Source: Winogradskyella sp. (lineage in GTDB: Bacteria; Bacteroidota; Bacteroidia; Flavobacteriales; Flavobacteriaceae). Taken from it: a stretch of DNA of 64,000 bases. This document shows positions 10,214 to 18,822 of the stretch, in pieces (position 1 is the stretch's first letter; every line of letters starts with the position of its first letter). The stretch is from positions 1,744 to 65,743 of the forward strand of contig NZ_JBGCDQ010000028.1 of assembly GCF_045105575.1 (NCBI RefSeq). Reading direction: 5' to 3'. The translations under genes were made by a program, and so were the position numbers. Under the pieces are notes generated by a model. The model was not told where the DNA came from. It did not search any database and saw only the letters and a list, made by a program, of their open reading frames with translations.

Positions 10214-11716
10214 ATGTCTCGTATAAAGCTCAATTATAAAATCATCTTTCACTTTTTTGGACTATTACTCTTGTTCAATGGTGGCTTTATGCTCATTGCA
10301 ACTTTAGTCAGTCTTATTTATAAAGATGGAGTAACGCTTCAATTATTTTTAGCCGGAATTGCAACATTGCTCATAGGAATCTTAGCAATGTTTAGGACTA
10401 AGGACCATCGCAAAGAAATGAATAAACGCGAAGGGTATATTGTGGTTGCTTTTGGTTGGATTGTGATGTCACTTTCTGGTACGTTGCCTTATGTGGCAAC
10501 AGAAGCGATTCCGTCATTTACCGATGCTTTTTTTGAAACCATGTCTGGTTATACCACTACAGGAGCCAGTATTTTAAACGATATTGAAATTATACCTGAA
10601 GGAGTATTATTTTGGAGAAGTACCACCCATTGGATTGGTGGTATGGGAATCATTGTACTTGCCATAGCTATTTTACCATTGTTAGGGGTCGGTGGTATGC
10701 AATTATTTGCTGCTGAAGCTCCCGGACCAGGAGGAGATAAATTACATCCAAGAATCACAGACACAGCCAAACGATTATGGTTGATATATGTAGGGTATAC
10801 AGCTGCGGAAACCATTTTATTACAAGTCGCTGGAATGTCCTTTTTTGATGCGATTAACCACGCCTTAAGTACCGTATCTACAGGAGGATTTTCAACTAAA
10901 AATGCCAGTGTTGCACATTGGAATTCTAATCCTGCCATTCAATACATCATTATATTCTTTATGTTTTTAGCAGGTACTAACTTTGTGTTGAGTTACTATT
11001 TGTTTAAAGGGAAAGTTTCTAAAATTTTAAAGGATGAAGAATTTCGACTCTATTTTAAATTCATTGTCATATTTACAGCAATTGCGTCCGTTTTAATCTA
11101 CTTCAGAGCGGATATTTCGCAATCCACAATAGATCATCCTATGGTTTTGGGTGAAGGTGAAAGTGCCATAAGACATGCTTTGTTTCAGGTATTAGCCATA
11201 GTCACTACTACAGGTTTTGTGACTGCAGATTACACCCTTTGGACTCCCTTTTTAACGGTTTTCTTTTTCGGATTAATGTTTTTAGGTGGTTCTGCTGGTA
11301 GTACTTCGGGTGGAGTAAAAGTGGTACGTCAATTAATTTTAATTAAGAATAGTTTTATAGAATTTAAGCGTGCATTGCATCCTAACGCGATTTTGCCTGT
11401 GCGTTACAATGGAAAATCGGTTTCAAAAGATATTGTATTTAATGTTTTAGGCTTTTTTATTCTATATATGTTATCGTTTATTATTGGTGCTTTGGTGTTT
11501 TCTATGTTTCAGATGGATTTTACGTCTGCTATAGGACTTTCAGCGTCTAGTTTAGGAAATGTTGGACCAGCTTTAGGTGATTTTCGTCCTGTAAATAATT
11601 ACTCTGCATTACCACCTTTAGGAAAATGGTGGGCTTCTTTTTTAATGCTTATTGGACGATTAGAATTGTTTACGGTTCTGATATTGTTGACGCCTTTCTT
11701 TTGGAGGAATCGATAA
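10214..11716 (+). CDS. trkH: Trk potassium uptake membrane subunit
   Basis: Pore motifs SGYTTTG, STGGF, TTTGF, LGNVGP; GGSAGSTSGG; GRLE. Confidence 0.95.
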   Translation: MSRIKLNYKIIFHFFGLLLLFNGGFMLIATLVSLIYKDGVTLQLFLAGIATLLIGILAMFRTKDHRKEMNKREGYIVVAFGWIVMSLSGTLPYVATEAIPSFTDAFFETMSGYTTTGASILNDIEIIPEGVLFWRSTTHWIGGMGIIVLAIAILPLLGVGGMQLFAAEAPGPGGDKLHPRITDTAKRLWLIYVGYTAAETILLQVAGMSFFDAINHALSTVSTGGFSTKNASVAHWNSNPAIQYIIIFFMFLAGTNFVLSYYLFKGKVSKILKDEEFRLYFKFIVIFTAIASVLIYFRADISQSTIDHPMVLGEGESAIRHALFQVLAIVTTTGFVTADYTLWTPFLTVFFFGLMFLGGSAGSTSGGVKVVRQLILIKNSFIEFKRALHPNAILPVRYNGKSVSKDIVFNVLGFFILYMLSFIIGALVFSMFQMDFTSAIGLSASSLGNVGPALGDFRPVNNYSALPPLGKWWASFLMLIGRLELFTVLILLTPFFWRNR

Positions 11717-11823
11717 ATATTCAACTTTTTTTAAAGATTTTTTAAAATATAGCCAGCCTATATTCTCACTAATAGTTCCACGGTTTTTAATATCTCATTT
11801 TTGTAACGTGTTGAGGTACATGT

Positions 11824-11849
11824 TGTAACATTTGTTATGGTTCTGCGTC
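11824..11849 (+). promoter_or_regulatory. Putative ECF sigma promoter TGTAAC-N16-CGTC
   Basis: ECF-type -35/-10 architecture; the same motif and spacing occur at 58217-58242. Confidence 0.6.
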
Positions 11850-11881
11850 ATATTCATGTAACCAAACAAAATTTATCAACC

Positions 11882-12130
11882 ATGGAATTAACAGTAAACA
11901 CCTCTTTAGAAATTGTATCAGAATCCATTAAGGGAATTCATTTTACCAAGCAAGGCTTATTAAACTCTAATTATAAAGCACTTGTTAAGCAAAACTTTAG
12001 TAAGCCTACAAATACATCCGTATTTGGTATGAGACAACGCTTAAAAGCGTTTCAATTGAATAGAGTAGACCATACTGCAGCTATTTTAAAACTGTCTGTA
12101 TTTCTTATCGCTTTAGTCGCTTTATTCTAA
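11882..12130 (+). CDS. Small protein with C-terminal hydrophobic helix (82 aa)
   Basis: In frame with ORF 11837..12130; start moved to ATG 11882 because the upstream ATG lies within the promoter motif. Confidence 0.6.
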   Translation: MELTVNTSLEIVSESIKGIHFTKQGLLNSNYKALVKQNFSKPTNTSVFGMRQRLKAFQLNRVDHTAAILKLSVFLIALVALF

Positions 12131-12262
12131 AATAGCGCAAAATACTATTTACCTGATCTTTCAACTGGCACATGTATTTGTGCCTTTTATAACGTCTGTG
12201 GCATACTAAAATATGTTACGCATTATCTCGTATCCCTTGTTTTAAATTAAAATCTAGGAATT

Positions 12263-12544
12263 ATGCCATCGAACTCAATGAATGTTATTACTTACAACAG
12301 AGGCTTATTGCCGAAGCGCGATAAGTTTAAGAATCGACTAGGTGGTTATAATTCAGATAAAAAAACGGAATATAATTTACCTAAAGCGACAACTAAACAA
12401 TTAAAAAACATCCGTAAACGACTAAAAGAAGAACGAAAAGCTAGAATGTTTAAGCTAATCGTTTACACCGTTTTTGGATGCTTAGCTCTAATTTGCGTTT
12501 TAGTTTATTTGGCAAACGGAATTAGAGAAAGTTTATGGTTTTAA
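12263..12544 (+). CDS. Small basic membrane protein, paralog 1
   Basis: 93 aa; LGGY..PKAT..QLK.IR motif shared with the next gene; C-terminal TM helix. Confidence 0.7.
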   Translation: MPSNSMNVITYNRGLLPKRDKFKNRLGGYNSDKKTEYNLPKATTKQLKNIRKRLKEERKARMFKLIVYTVFGCLALICVLVYLANGIRESLWF

Positions 12545-12563
12545 TGATTAAAGATAAGAGTGT

Positions 12564-12845
12564 ATGCCATTAGGAGAAGCAATGATTAGTAGTTTAAAAA
12601 GTAATAAAAGTATAAGGCTTGATAAATCTAGAAGATTTAGAAAGACACTTGGTGGCTATGCTAAAAGTAAAAACACAACTTGCGATGTTCCGAAAGCGAC
12701 ACCAAGTCAATTGAAAGTCATTAGACAGAAATTAGAAAAGGAAAATCAACGACTTACCATAAAAACAATCTGTATATCAGCAGTTATAAGCATCAGTTTG
12801 GTTTTGATGTTTTTTTATAAAAGTAAATACCTCGCAGGTTTTTAA
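12564..12845 (+). CDS. Small basic membrane protein, paralog 2
   Basis: 93 aa; same motif as the previous gene; C-terminal TM helix. Confidence 0.7.
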   Translation: MPLGEAMISSLKSNKSIRLDKSRRFRKTLGGYAKSKNTTCDVPKATPSQLKVIRQKLEKENQRLTIKTICISAVISISLVLMFFYKSKYLAGF

Positions 12846-12857
12846 AACCTGTGAGGT
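12829..12857. repeat. REP-like palindrome
   Basis: ACCTCGCAGGTTTT-T-AAAACCTGTGAGGT; resembles the Flavobacteriaceae CAGGTTTTnAAAACCTG repeat type as I recall it. Confidence 0.7.
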
Positions 12858-12898
12858 CTAATAATTATTATAAAGATAAAAAAGGGATTGAGGGAATA

Positions 12899-14083
12899 CT
12901 AACTCAAAGCCCCTTTTATGCGCCTTACCGCTTCTTTTATATCATCTTGCGACGCTGCATAAGAAATACGAATACAATCCGGATTACCAAAAGCTTCACC
13001 TGTAACAGTAGCTACCAAAGCTTCTTCTAATAAAAATAGTGAGAAATCTGATGCATTATGTATCGTTTTACCCTTGATTGTTTTTCCGAAGTAAGCCGAC
13101 ACATTTGGAAATACGTAAAACGCACCTTCTGGTTCATTCGTTTTAAAACCTTCTATCTCGCTGAGGAGATTCAAAATAAGTTTGCGTCTTTCTTTAAATT
13201 CATCCACCATGTAGGTAATACTTGATGGATCTGCTTCTAAAGCAGTAATTACAGCACGTTGTGCAATACAATTAGCTCCACTAGTAATTTGCCCTTGCAT
13301 TTTATTACAAGCTCTAGCAATCCAATCTGGCGCGCCAATGTAACCAATTCTCCAGCCTGTCATGGCAAAAGCTTTAGAGACACCATTGACGGTTACTGTT
13401 CTATCGTACATATCTTCAAATTGCGCTATACTACAGTGGTCGCCTTTAAAGTTAATATGCTCGTAAATTTCATCTGAAATCACATAAATGTTGGGATGTT
13501 TTTGTAAAACATCAGCTAAAGCTCTCAATTCTTTTTCGCTGTAAACAGAACCACTTGGGTTACAAGGAGAACTGTACCAAATCATTTTCGTTTTTGGTGT
13601 AATGGCCCCTTCAAGTTGCGCTGCGGTCATTTTAAAATCGTTTTCTATAGAGGTTTCAACTTCCACAGGAACTCCGTCGCTTAACTTTACAATATCACTA
13701 TAACTCACCCAATACGGACAAGGTAAAATAACTTCATCACCTGCGTTAAGCATTACAGCAGCGATATTAGCTAAAGACTGTTTTGCGCCTGTAGACACAA
13801 CAATTTGTGGTAACGTGTAGTGGAGGTTATTGTCGCGTTTAAATTTCTGAATGATCGCTTGTTTCAATTCTACATAACCATCTACTGGAGTGTAGCTATT
13901 GTAATTTTGATTAATAGCTTCTATAGCAGCATCTTTAATGAAATCTGGAGTATTAAAGTCGGGTTCTCCCAAGCTTAATCCAATAATATCTTTTCCTTCT
14001 GCTCGTAATTCTCTCGCTTTTGCCGCCATGGCAAGTGTAGCTGATGTCGATAGATTATTAATTCTATCCGAAAGTTGGTTCAT
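12899..14083 (-). CDS. aspC: PLP-dependent aminotransferase class I/II (aspartate aminotransferase-like)
   Basis: SLGEPDF, SPCNPSGS, SDEIYE, and the PLP-lysine motif SKAFAMTGWRIG. Confidence 0.88.
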   Translation of the reverse strand: MNQLSDRINNLSTSATLAMAAKARELRAEGKDIIGLSLGEPDFNTPDFIKDAAIEAINQNYNSYTPVDGYVELKQAIIQKFKRDNNLHYTLPQIVVSTGAKQSLANIAAVMLNAGDEVILPCPYWVSYSDIVKLSDGVPVEVETSIENDFKMTAAQLEGAITPKTKMIWYSSPCNPSGSVYSEKELRALADVLQKHPNIYVISDEIYEHINFKGDHCSIAQFEDMYDRTVTVNGVSKAFAMTGWRIGYIGAPDWIARACNKMQGQITSGANCIAQRAVITALEADPSSITYMVDEFKERRKLILNLLSEIEGFKTNEPEGAFYVFPNVSAYFGKTIKGKTIHNASDFSLFLLEEALVATVTGEAFGNPDCIRISYAASQDDIKEAVRRIKGALS

Positions 14084-14118
14084 TGTAAATAGTTAGTTAT
14101 TGAAATCTCTGTATGTGA

Positions 14119-15213
14119 TTAAGCCATGCTTGGTTTTTTGCCAAGTTCCTTGAGTTGCTGGTAATGCTCACCAATAGCTGTCCACATGGTTTTGTATTCG
14201 TTGTAAGGTAAACTAAATTCATGCGCAGTTTCTCTTACTATTTTTGCGATGTGCTTGTAGTGCACATGACTAATATGAGAAAATAAATGGTGTTCAACCT
14301 GCCTGTTTAAGCCACCTGTGTAAAATTCTACAATCCAACTTTTTGGAGAAAAATTAGAGGTTGTAAATAATTGGTGAATGGCCCATGTATTTTTCATAGT
14401 ACCGTTTTCATCAGGTAGTGGCATATCCGTATTTGGCATAACGTGTGCTAATTGAAAAACGACACTTAAAATCATGCCTGCTGTATAATGCATAATAAAA
14501 AAGCCAAGTAAAACTTGCCACCACGCATAGCCCAAAACTAACGGTAATACGACCCAAATAGAATAGTACAATATTTTACCTATAATTAATTTCGTCCATT
14601 GTGTTACAGGATTTGGAAAATCTCCATAAGACAATTTTCTTTTAAGATATTGATAAGTTTGTTTAAAATCTGTTGTTATCGCCCAGTTTACAGTTAATAA
14701 ACCATAAAGTAAAAAAGCATAATACTTTTGGTATTGATGAATTTTTAACCATTTAGAGTGCTTGGAGAAGCGAATAATACGGCCAGCATCAATATCTTCA
14801 TCATGGCCTTGTATGTTTGTGTAGGTATGGTGTAATACATTGTGCTGCACTTTCCAATTGTAATCGTTGCCAGCCAAAATATGAATACTACTTCCCATCA
14901 GCTTATTTACCCATGATTTACTCGAAAAAGAACCATGGTTAGCATCGTGCATCACATTCATACCAACTCCTGCCATGCCAACACCAATCACCACCATAGA
15001 TATTACCCGCAACCAAGCTGGCAAATCAACAGTTAATAATAAGATTAATGGACCAAGTAGTAAGGTAAACATCACAATGGCTTTTATATAAAGCTTCCAG
15101 TTACCAGTTTTTTTAAGATTATTTTCTTTAAAATAGTTGTTAACACGTTTGTTAAGGGTTCTAAAGAATTTCGCAGAGTCTGTGCGTGAGAAAGATACGG
15201 TTTGTTCTGACAT
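14119..15213 (-). CDS. Membrane fatty acid desaturase
   Basis: His boxes HDANH, HNVLHH and QVEHH. Confidence 0.92.
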   Translation of the reverse strand: MSEQTVSFSRTDSAKFFRTLNKRVNNYFKENNLKKTGNWKLYIKAIVMFTLLLGPLILLLTVDLPAWLRVISMVVIGVGMAGVGMNVMHDANHGSFSSKSWVNKLMGSSIHILAGNDYNWKVQHNVLHHTYTNIQGHDEDIDAGRIIRFSKHSKWLKIHQYQKYYAFLLYGLLTVNWAITTDFKQTYQYLKRKLSYGDFPNPVTQWTKLIIGKILYYSIWVVLPLVLGYAWWQVLLGFFIMHYTAGMILSVVFQLAHVMPNTDMPLPDENGTMKNTWAIHQLFTTSNFSPKSWIVEFYTGGLNRQVEHHLFSHISHVHYKHIAKIVRETAHEFSLPYNEYKTMWTAIGEHYQQLKELGKKPSMA

Positions 15214-15268
15214 GTATGCTAATAGTTTATGTTATAACGTAAAGAATGAATAATTCTATATAACGAAG

Positions 15269-15276
15269 CAAAGATA
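15269..15276 (-). promoter_or_regulatory. -7 promoter box for the desaturase
   Basis: TATCTTTG on the minus strand. Confidence 0.55.
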
Positions 15277-15335
15277 GTTAATAATTAAAAAGCAACCATT
15301 TCGATGAACGTTAAATTATACAGATTAAAATTAAG

Positions 15336-15343
15336 TATTTTTG
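15336..15343 (+). promoter_or_regulatory. -7 promoter box for rsmG
   Basis: TATTTTTG; it overlaps the TTG used by the ORF track, which supports the ATG at 15359. Confidence 0.55.
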
Positions 15344-15358
15344 TTGAAATTATCAAAA

Positions 15359-15988
15359 ATGAACCTTATTCTTAAGTATTTTCCCAATTTAACAGAGCTG
15401 CAAATCCAACAATTTGAAGCTTTAGAAGCCTTGTATAAGGATTGGAATGGTAAGATAAATGTCATTTCTCGTAAAGACATCGATGAGCTCTATCTGAAGC
15501 ATGTTCTACATTCTTTAGGGATTGCTAAAGTTATCAACTTCACACCTGGAACGTCTATTTTAGATGTAGGCACAGGCGGTGGGTTTCCTGGTGTCCCTTT
15601 GGCTATTATGTTTCCAGAGTGTCAATTTCACTTGGTGGACAGTATAAATAAAAAGTTAAAAGTTATTAATGCGGTTTGTGAGGCTACAGAACTTAACAAT
15701 ATAAAAACAACACATAGCCGTGTAGAAGCTATAAACGGCACTTTCGATTTTATTGTGAGTCGCGCAGTCACTACTATGCCAGAGTTTACTTCTTGGGTAA
15801 AAGGGAAAACAGCAAAAACGCAGAAGAATGACCTGAAAAACGGTATTCTATATTTAAAAGGGGGTGATTTAACTGAAGAATTGAAACCTTATACATCCGT
15901 CAAGGCCTTTTTATTATCCGATTATTTTGAAGAACCATTTTTTGAGACTAAAAAAGTAATTCACTTACCTCTAAAATTTAAACCTTAA
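15359..15988 (+). CDS. rsmG: 16S rRNA m7G527 methyltransferase
   Basis: WN.KINVISR, HVLHSL, LDVGTGGGFPG and SRAV motifs. Confidence 0.95.
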   Translation: MNLILKYFPNLTELQIQQFEALEALYKDWNGKINVISRKDIDELYLKHVLHSLGIAKVINFTPGTSILDVGTGGGFPGVPLAIMFPECQFHLVDSINKKLKVINAVCEATELNNIKTTHSRVEAINGTFDFIVSRAVTTMPEFTSWVKGKTAKTQKNDLKNGILYLKGGDLTEELKPYTSVKAFLLSDYFEEPFFETKKVIHLPLKFKP

Positions 15989-16168
15989 TTAGTTTTATAT
16001 CTTTTTTTAGTGCTTTTCCGTATAACCAAAAACACTGAAAACAGGGTGATTTTTAGTTTTCATTTGTTTGAAATTTACATTCGGAAAAAGATGTGATTCT
16101 GATAGTATAACAACGCTTTAAAAAGCATCTTTTAATTTTAATAATTATAATTTAAAACAGTATTCATT

Positions 16169-18739
16169 ATGATTTTATCTGAAAAATATTCAAACAAAAA
16201 ATACGTTCTATTATTTGCGGCTTGTATTTTGTTTGTTCTAAATCTTCAAGGACAACAAGACACCATATATTATAATAGTGATTGGAAAGAAACTATAAAA
16301 GACAGTGCAGCGTTTTTTCGTCCACCAGTAAAACAGGAAGGTAATTTGTACCGAATTGAAGATTATTATGCTTCTGGTCAATTACAAATGACGGGCTTGT
16401 CTCATACTAACGATAAGCCTAATTGGGAAGGTCTTGTAAGTTGGTACTTGGAAGATGGCAAGTTATTGCAGCAAGGAGAATATAAAAACAATAGACTCGA
16501 TGGAAAGTTTTTGACGTTTCTAAACAAAAAGAAACTGATTGCTATTTATAAAGATGGCTTTTTTGTGGATGGTGCTCAAAATAGAAATCAAAGACGAAAT
16601 AACTACTATACCGAAATTAAAAACGACACGATTGTAGATATTATTTATGATAAGGATTTAGAAGGTATTCGGTATGAAAATTATAGAAAAGTAAGTGGAG
16701 GTCGCTTTTTATCAAAATATTATGGAGAAAACGGCGAGCTCATTGGTGAGTTAAAAACTTTAGATAATGGCTATACAAAAGGTGAAGAGGTTTTTTATTA
16801 TTACGAGCCTATGCGTGTAATGCAAATAAAGTACTATCCTTTTGAGCGTCTTTTAGGTGAAACAGTTTACTATTCAAATGGGCAATTAAGAACTAAATTT
16901 GAACTGGAACCCGAATTGAAAAAGACATTTTATACAAAGAATGGTGAGGAACTAGGAAGTGTAACTTATGTTATAAATAATGAGTATTTAAAGCCTGTAA
17001 ATGGCACCGAATATCTTTTTTCTTATAGTTACAAACCTGATGAGAGAAATTTAATTAGATCTGTAAAAACTTACCAAGATGGTCAATTACAAAAAGATGA
17101 GTTACGTCATAGTGATGGAAGCTTAAAGACTATAACGCATTACAGTGATAATAAAAAGGAACTTCAAATAAGTTATGATGAAAATGGACAAGAATTTGCA
17201 CGTATGGTCTATAAAGACTACTATCCATTTACAGGTACTGAAATTATAGGAGATAAAATGGCCATCTACAAAGAAGGCGAACTTGTAAAAGAAACGGCTT
17301 ATTATCCTAAGACAAAATTGGTATTCAGTGAGAAGACCCAAGAATCTGAAACGTATTTTGATAAAGAAGGCCAAATTTTAGGAACCTTAGAAATAGATTA
17401 TCAAAATAAATATGCCAAGCCTATAGCTGGTCAGCGCTTTTATGTTGGTTATGACTCAGATATTGCAAGCATAGATACTTATGAGAATGGTTATGTTAAA
17501 CAACGTACCGTATTTAGAGTGAAAAATATGAGCGAAACGGAAAATGTTGAGTTTAAGCGTACCGAATATTTTGAAGATAACAGTTATACGAGAGCGCGAG
17601 AGGTAACTTATTACAGCAATGGCTCTAAACAAAGTGATATTGAATATAAAGGTTACGATAAAAAGTCTGGTAAATTCTATAATGATAAAGAGGAACTTAT
17701 GGGTAGCTATGACTATCTTAAAAAAGAAGGAACGCTCTATGAATTCTTTAGTGAATCTAATATCATTCGTCTTATGCAACAGGAGATGAATGGAAATATG
17801 ACAAAACTCAAACGTTTCGATTATGGCACTTATCAGAGATATGGCGATGTAAATGCTATTTTAGTTGAAGAAATCGATATCGCGTGTTGTTCAAAATACT
17901 ATAAAAAAAATGGTGATGTTTTCGCAGAAGCTACTTATAAAGATGGAAAACCCTGGGAAGGAAGTGTTTATGATGGTATAACTAGAATGCTATTTACGAT
18001 TAAAGACGGAAAGCGAGAAGGTGTTTATAGAAAATTCGATTATAATCAAGAAACCATCCTAGAAGAAGGGCAATATGTCAACGATAAAAAAGAAGGTATT
18101 GTTAAAAAACATAAATATAACGGTGTATTAGAGTCTACCGAAACTTATAAAAATGATAAATTAAACGGAAAAACGGCATATTACGATAAGGAAGGAAAAC
18201 AAATAGCCACTTTAATCTATAAAGATAACCTGCCTTACGATGGTATTAAGACCATTTCAGCGGGTTACAACAAAAAGCCAACGCAAGAAACCTATAAGGA
18301 TGGTAACATTATAGAACGTGTAGCATATGATGATAATGGCAAACGCGTGTCTCAATACAAAGATGGTAAAGAAACACAAACTATAGCCTATCATAAAGAT
18401 TCGGATAAAAAACGATTAACCTATACGTTAGGTACCTACTATATTAATGGTGAAGTGATTCGTTATGACGAAAATGGAATAGAACAGCACAAAGCCTTAT
18501 TTAAAAATAATAAGTTAGAGTCTGGTATTGTCTATATTACAAGTCGCGATACTTATGACAAGCGTGTGTCTTACATCATTTTGAATAAGCAAAAAAATAA
18601 GATGTCTATAACGATGATGGGAGCTGAAGATAATGTGGTGTTCTTCGCAGAAGAAAATTTAGAACAAGGGTTTGCTGTAAAATACATAAATAAGTTAAAT
18701 GTTTATATGGACAACATCACGCCTGAATCGTTATATTAA
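16169..18739 (+). CDS. Exported MORN-variant repeat protein (YwqK-like)
   Basis: Signal peptide; recurring YY.NG.L / G...G repeats over 856 aa. Confidence 0.75.
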   Translation: MILSEKYSNKKYVLLFAACILFVLNLQGQQDTIYYNSDWKETIKDSAAFFRPPVKQEGNLYRIEDYYASGQLQMTGLSHTNDKPNWEGLVSWYLEDGKLLQQGEYKNNRLDGKFLTFLNKKKLIAIYKDGFFVDGAQNRNQRRNNYYTEIKNDTIVDIIYDKDLEGIRYENYRKVSGGRFLSKYYGENGELIGELKTLDNGYTKGEEVFYYYEPMRVMQIKYYPFERLLGETVYYSNGQLRTKFELEPELKKTFYTKNGEELGSVTYVINNEYLKPVNGTEYLFSYSYKPDERNLIRSVKTYQDGQLQKDELRHSDGSLKTITHYSDNKKELQISYDENGQEFARMVYKDYYPFTGTEIIGDKMAIYKEGELVKETAYYPKTKLVFSEKTQESETYFDKEGQILGTLEIDYQNKYAKPIAGQRFYVGYDSDIASIDTYENGYVKQRTVFRVKNMSETENVEFKRTEYFEDNSYTRAREVTYYSNGSKQSDIEYKGYDKKSGKFYNDKEELMGSYDYLKKEGTLYEFFSESNIIRLMQQEMNGNMTKLKRFDYGTYQRYGDVNAILVEEIDIACCSKYYKKNGDVFAEATYKDGKPWEGSVYDGITRMLFTIKDGKREGVYRKFDYNQETILEEGQYVNDKKEGIVKKHKYNGVLESTETYKNDKLNGKTAYYDKEGKQIATLIYKDNLPYDGIKTISAGYNKKPTQETYKDGNIIERVAYDDNGKRVSQYKDGKETQTIAYHKDSDKKRLTYTLGTYYINGEVIRYDENGIEQHKALFKNNKLESGIVYITSRDTYDKRVSYIILNKQKNKMSITMMGAEDNVVFFAEENLEQGFAVKYINKLNVYMDNITPESLY

Positions 18740-18763
18740 GTAAAGTCAATATCTACGAAATAA

Positions 18764-18796
18764 AAAACCGTCTCAATAAAATATTGAGACGGTTTT
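18764..18796. terminator. Bidirectional terminator
   Basis: AAAACCGTCTCAATA-aaa-TATTGAGACGGTTTT between convergent genes. Confidence 0.85.
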
Positions 18797-18822
18797 GTTA
18801 TAAATTAAATAGTCTTAATTCA

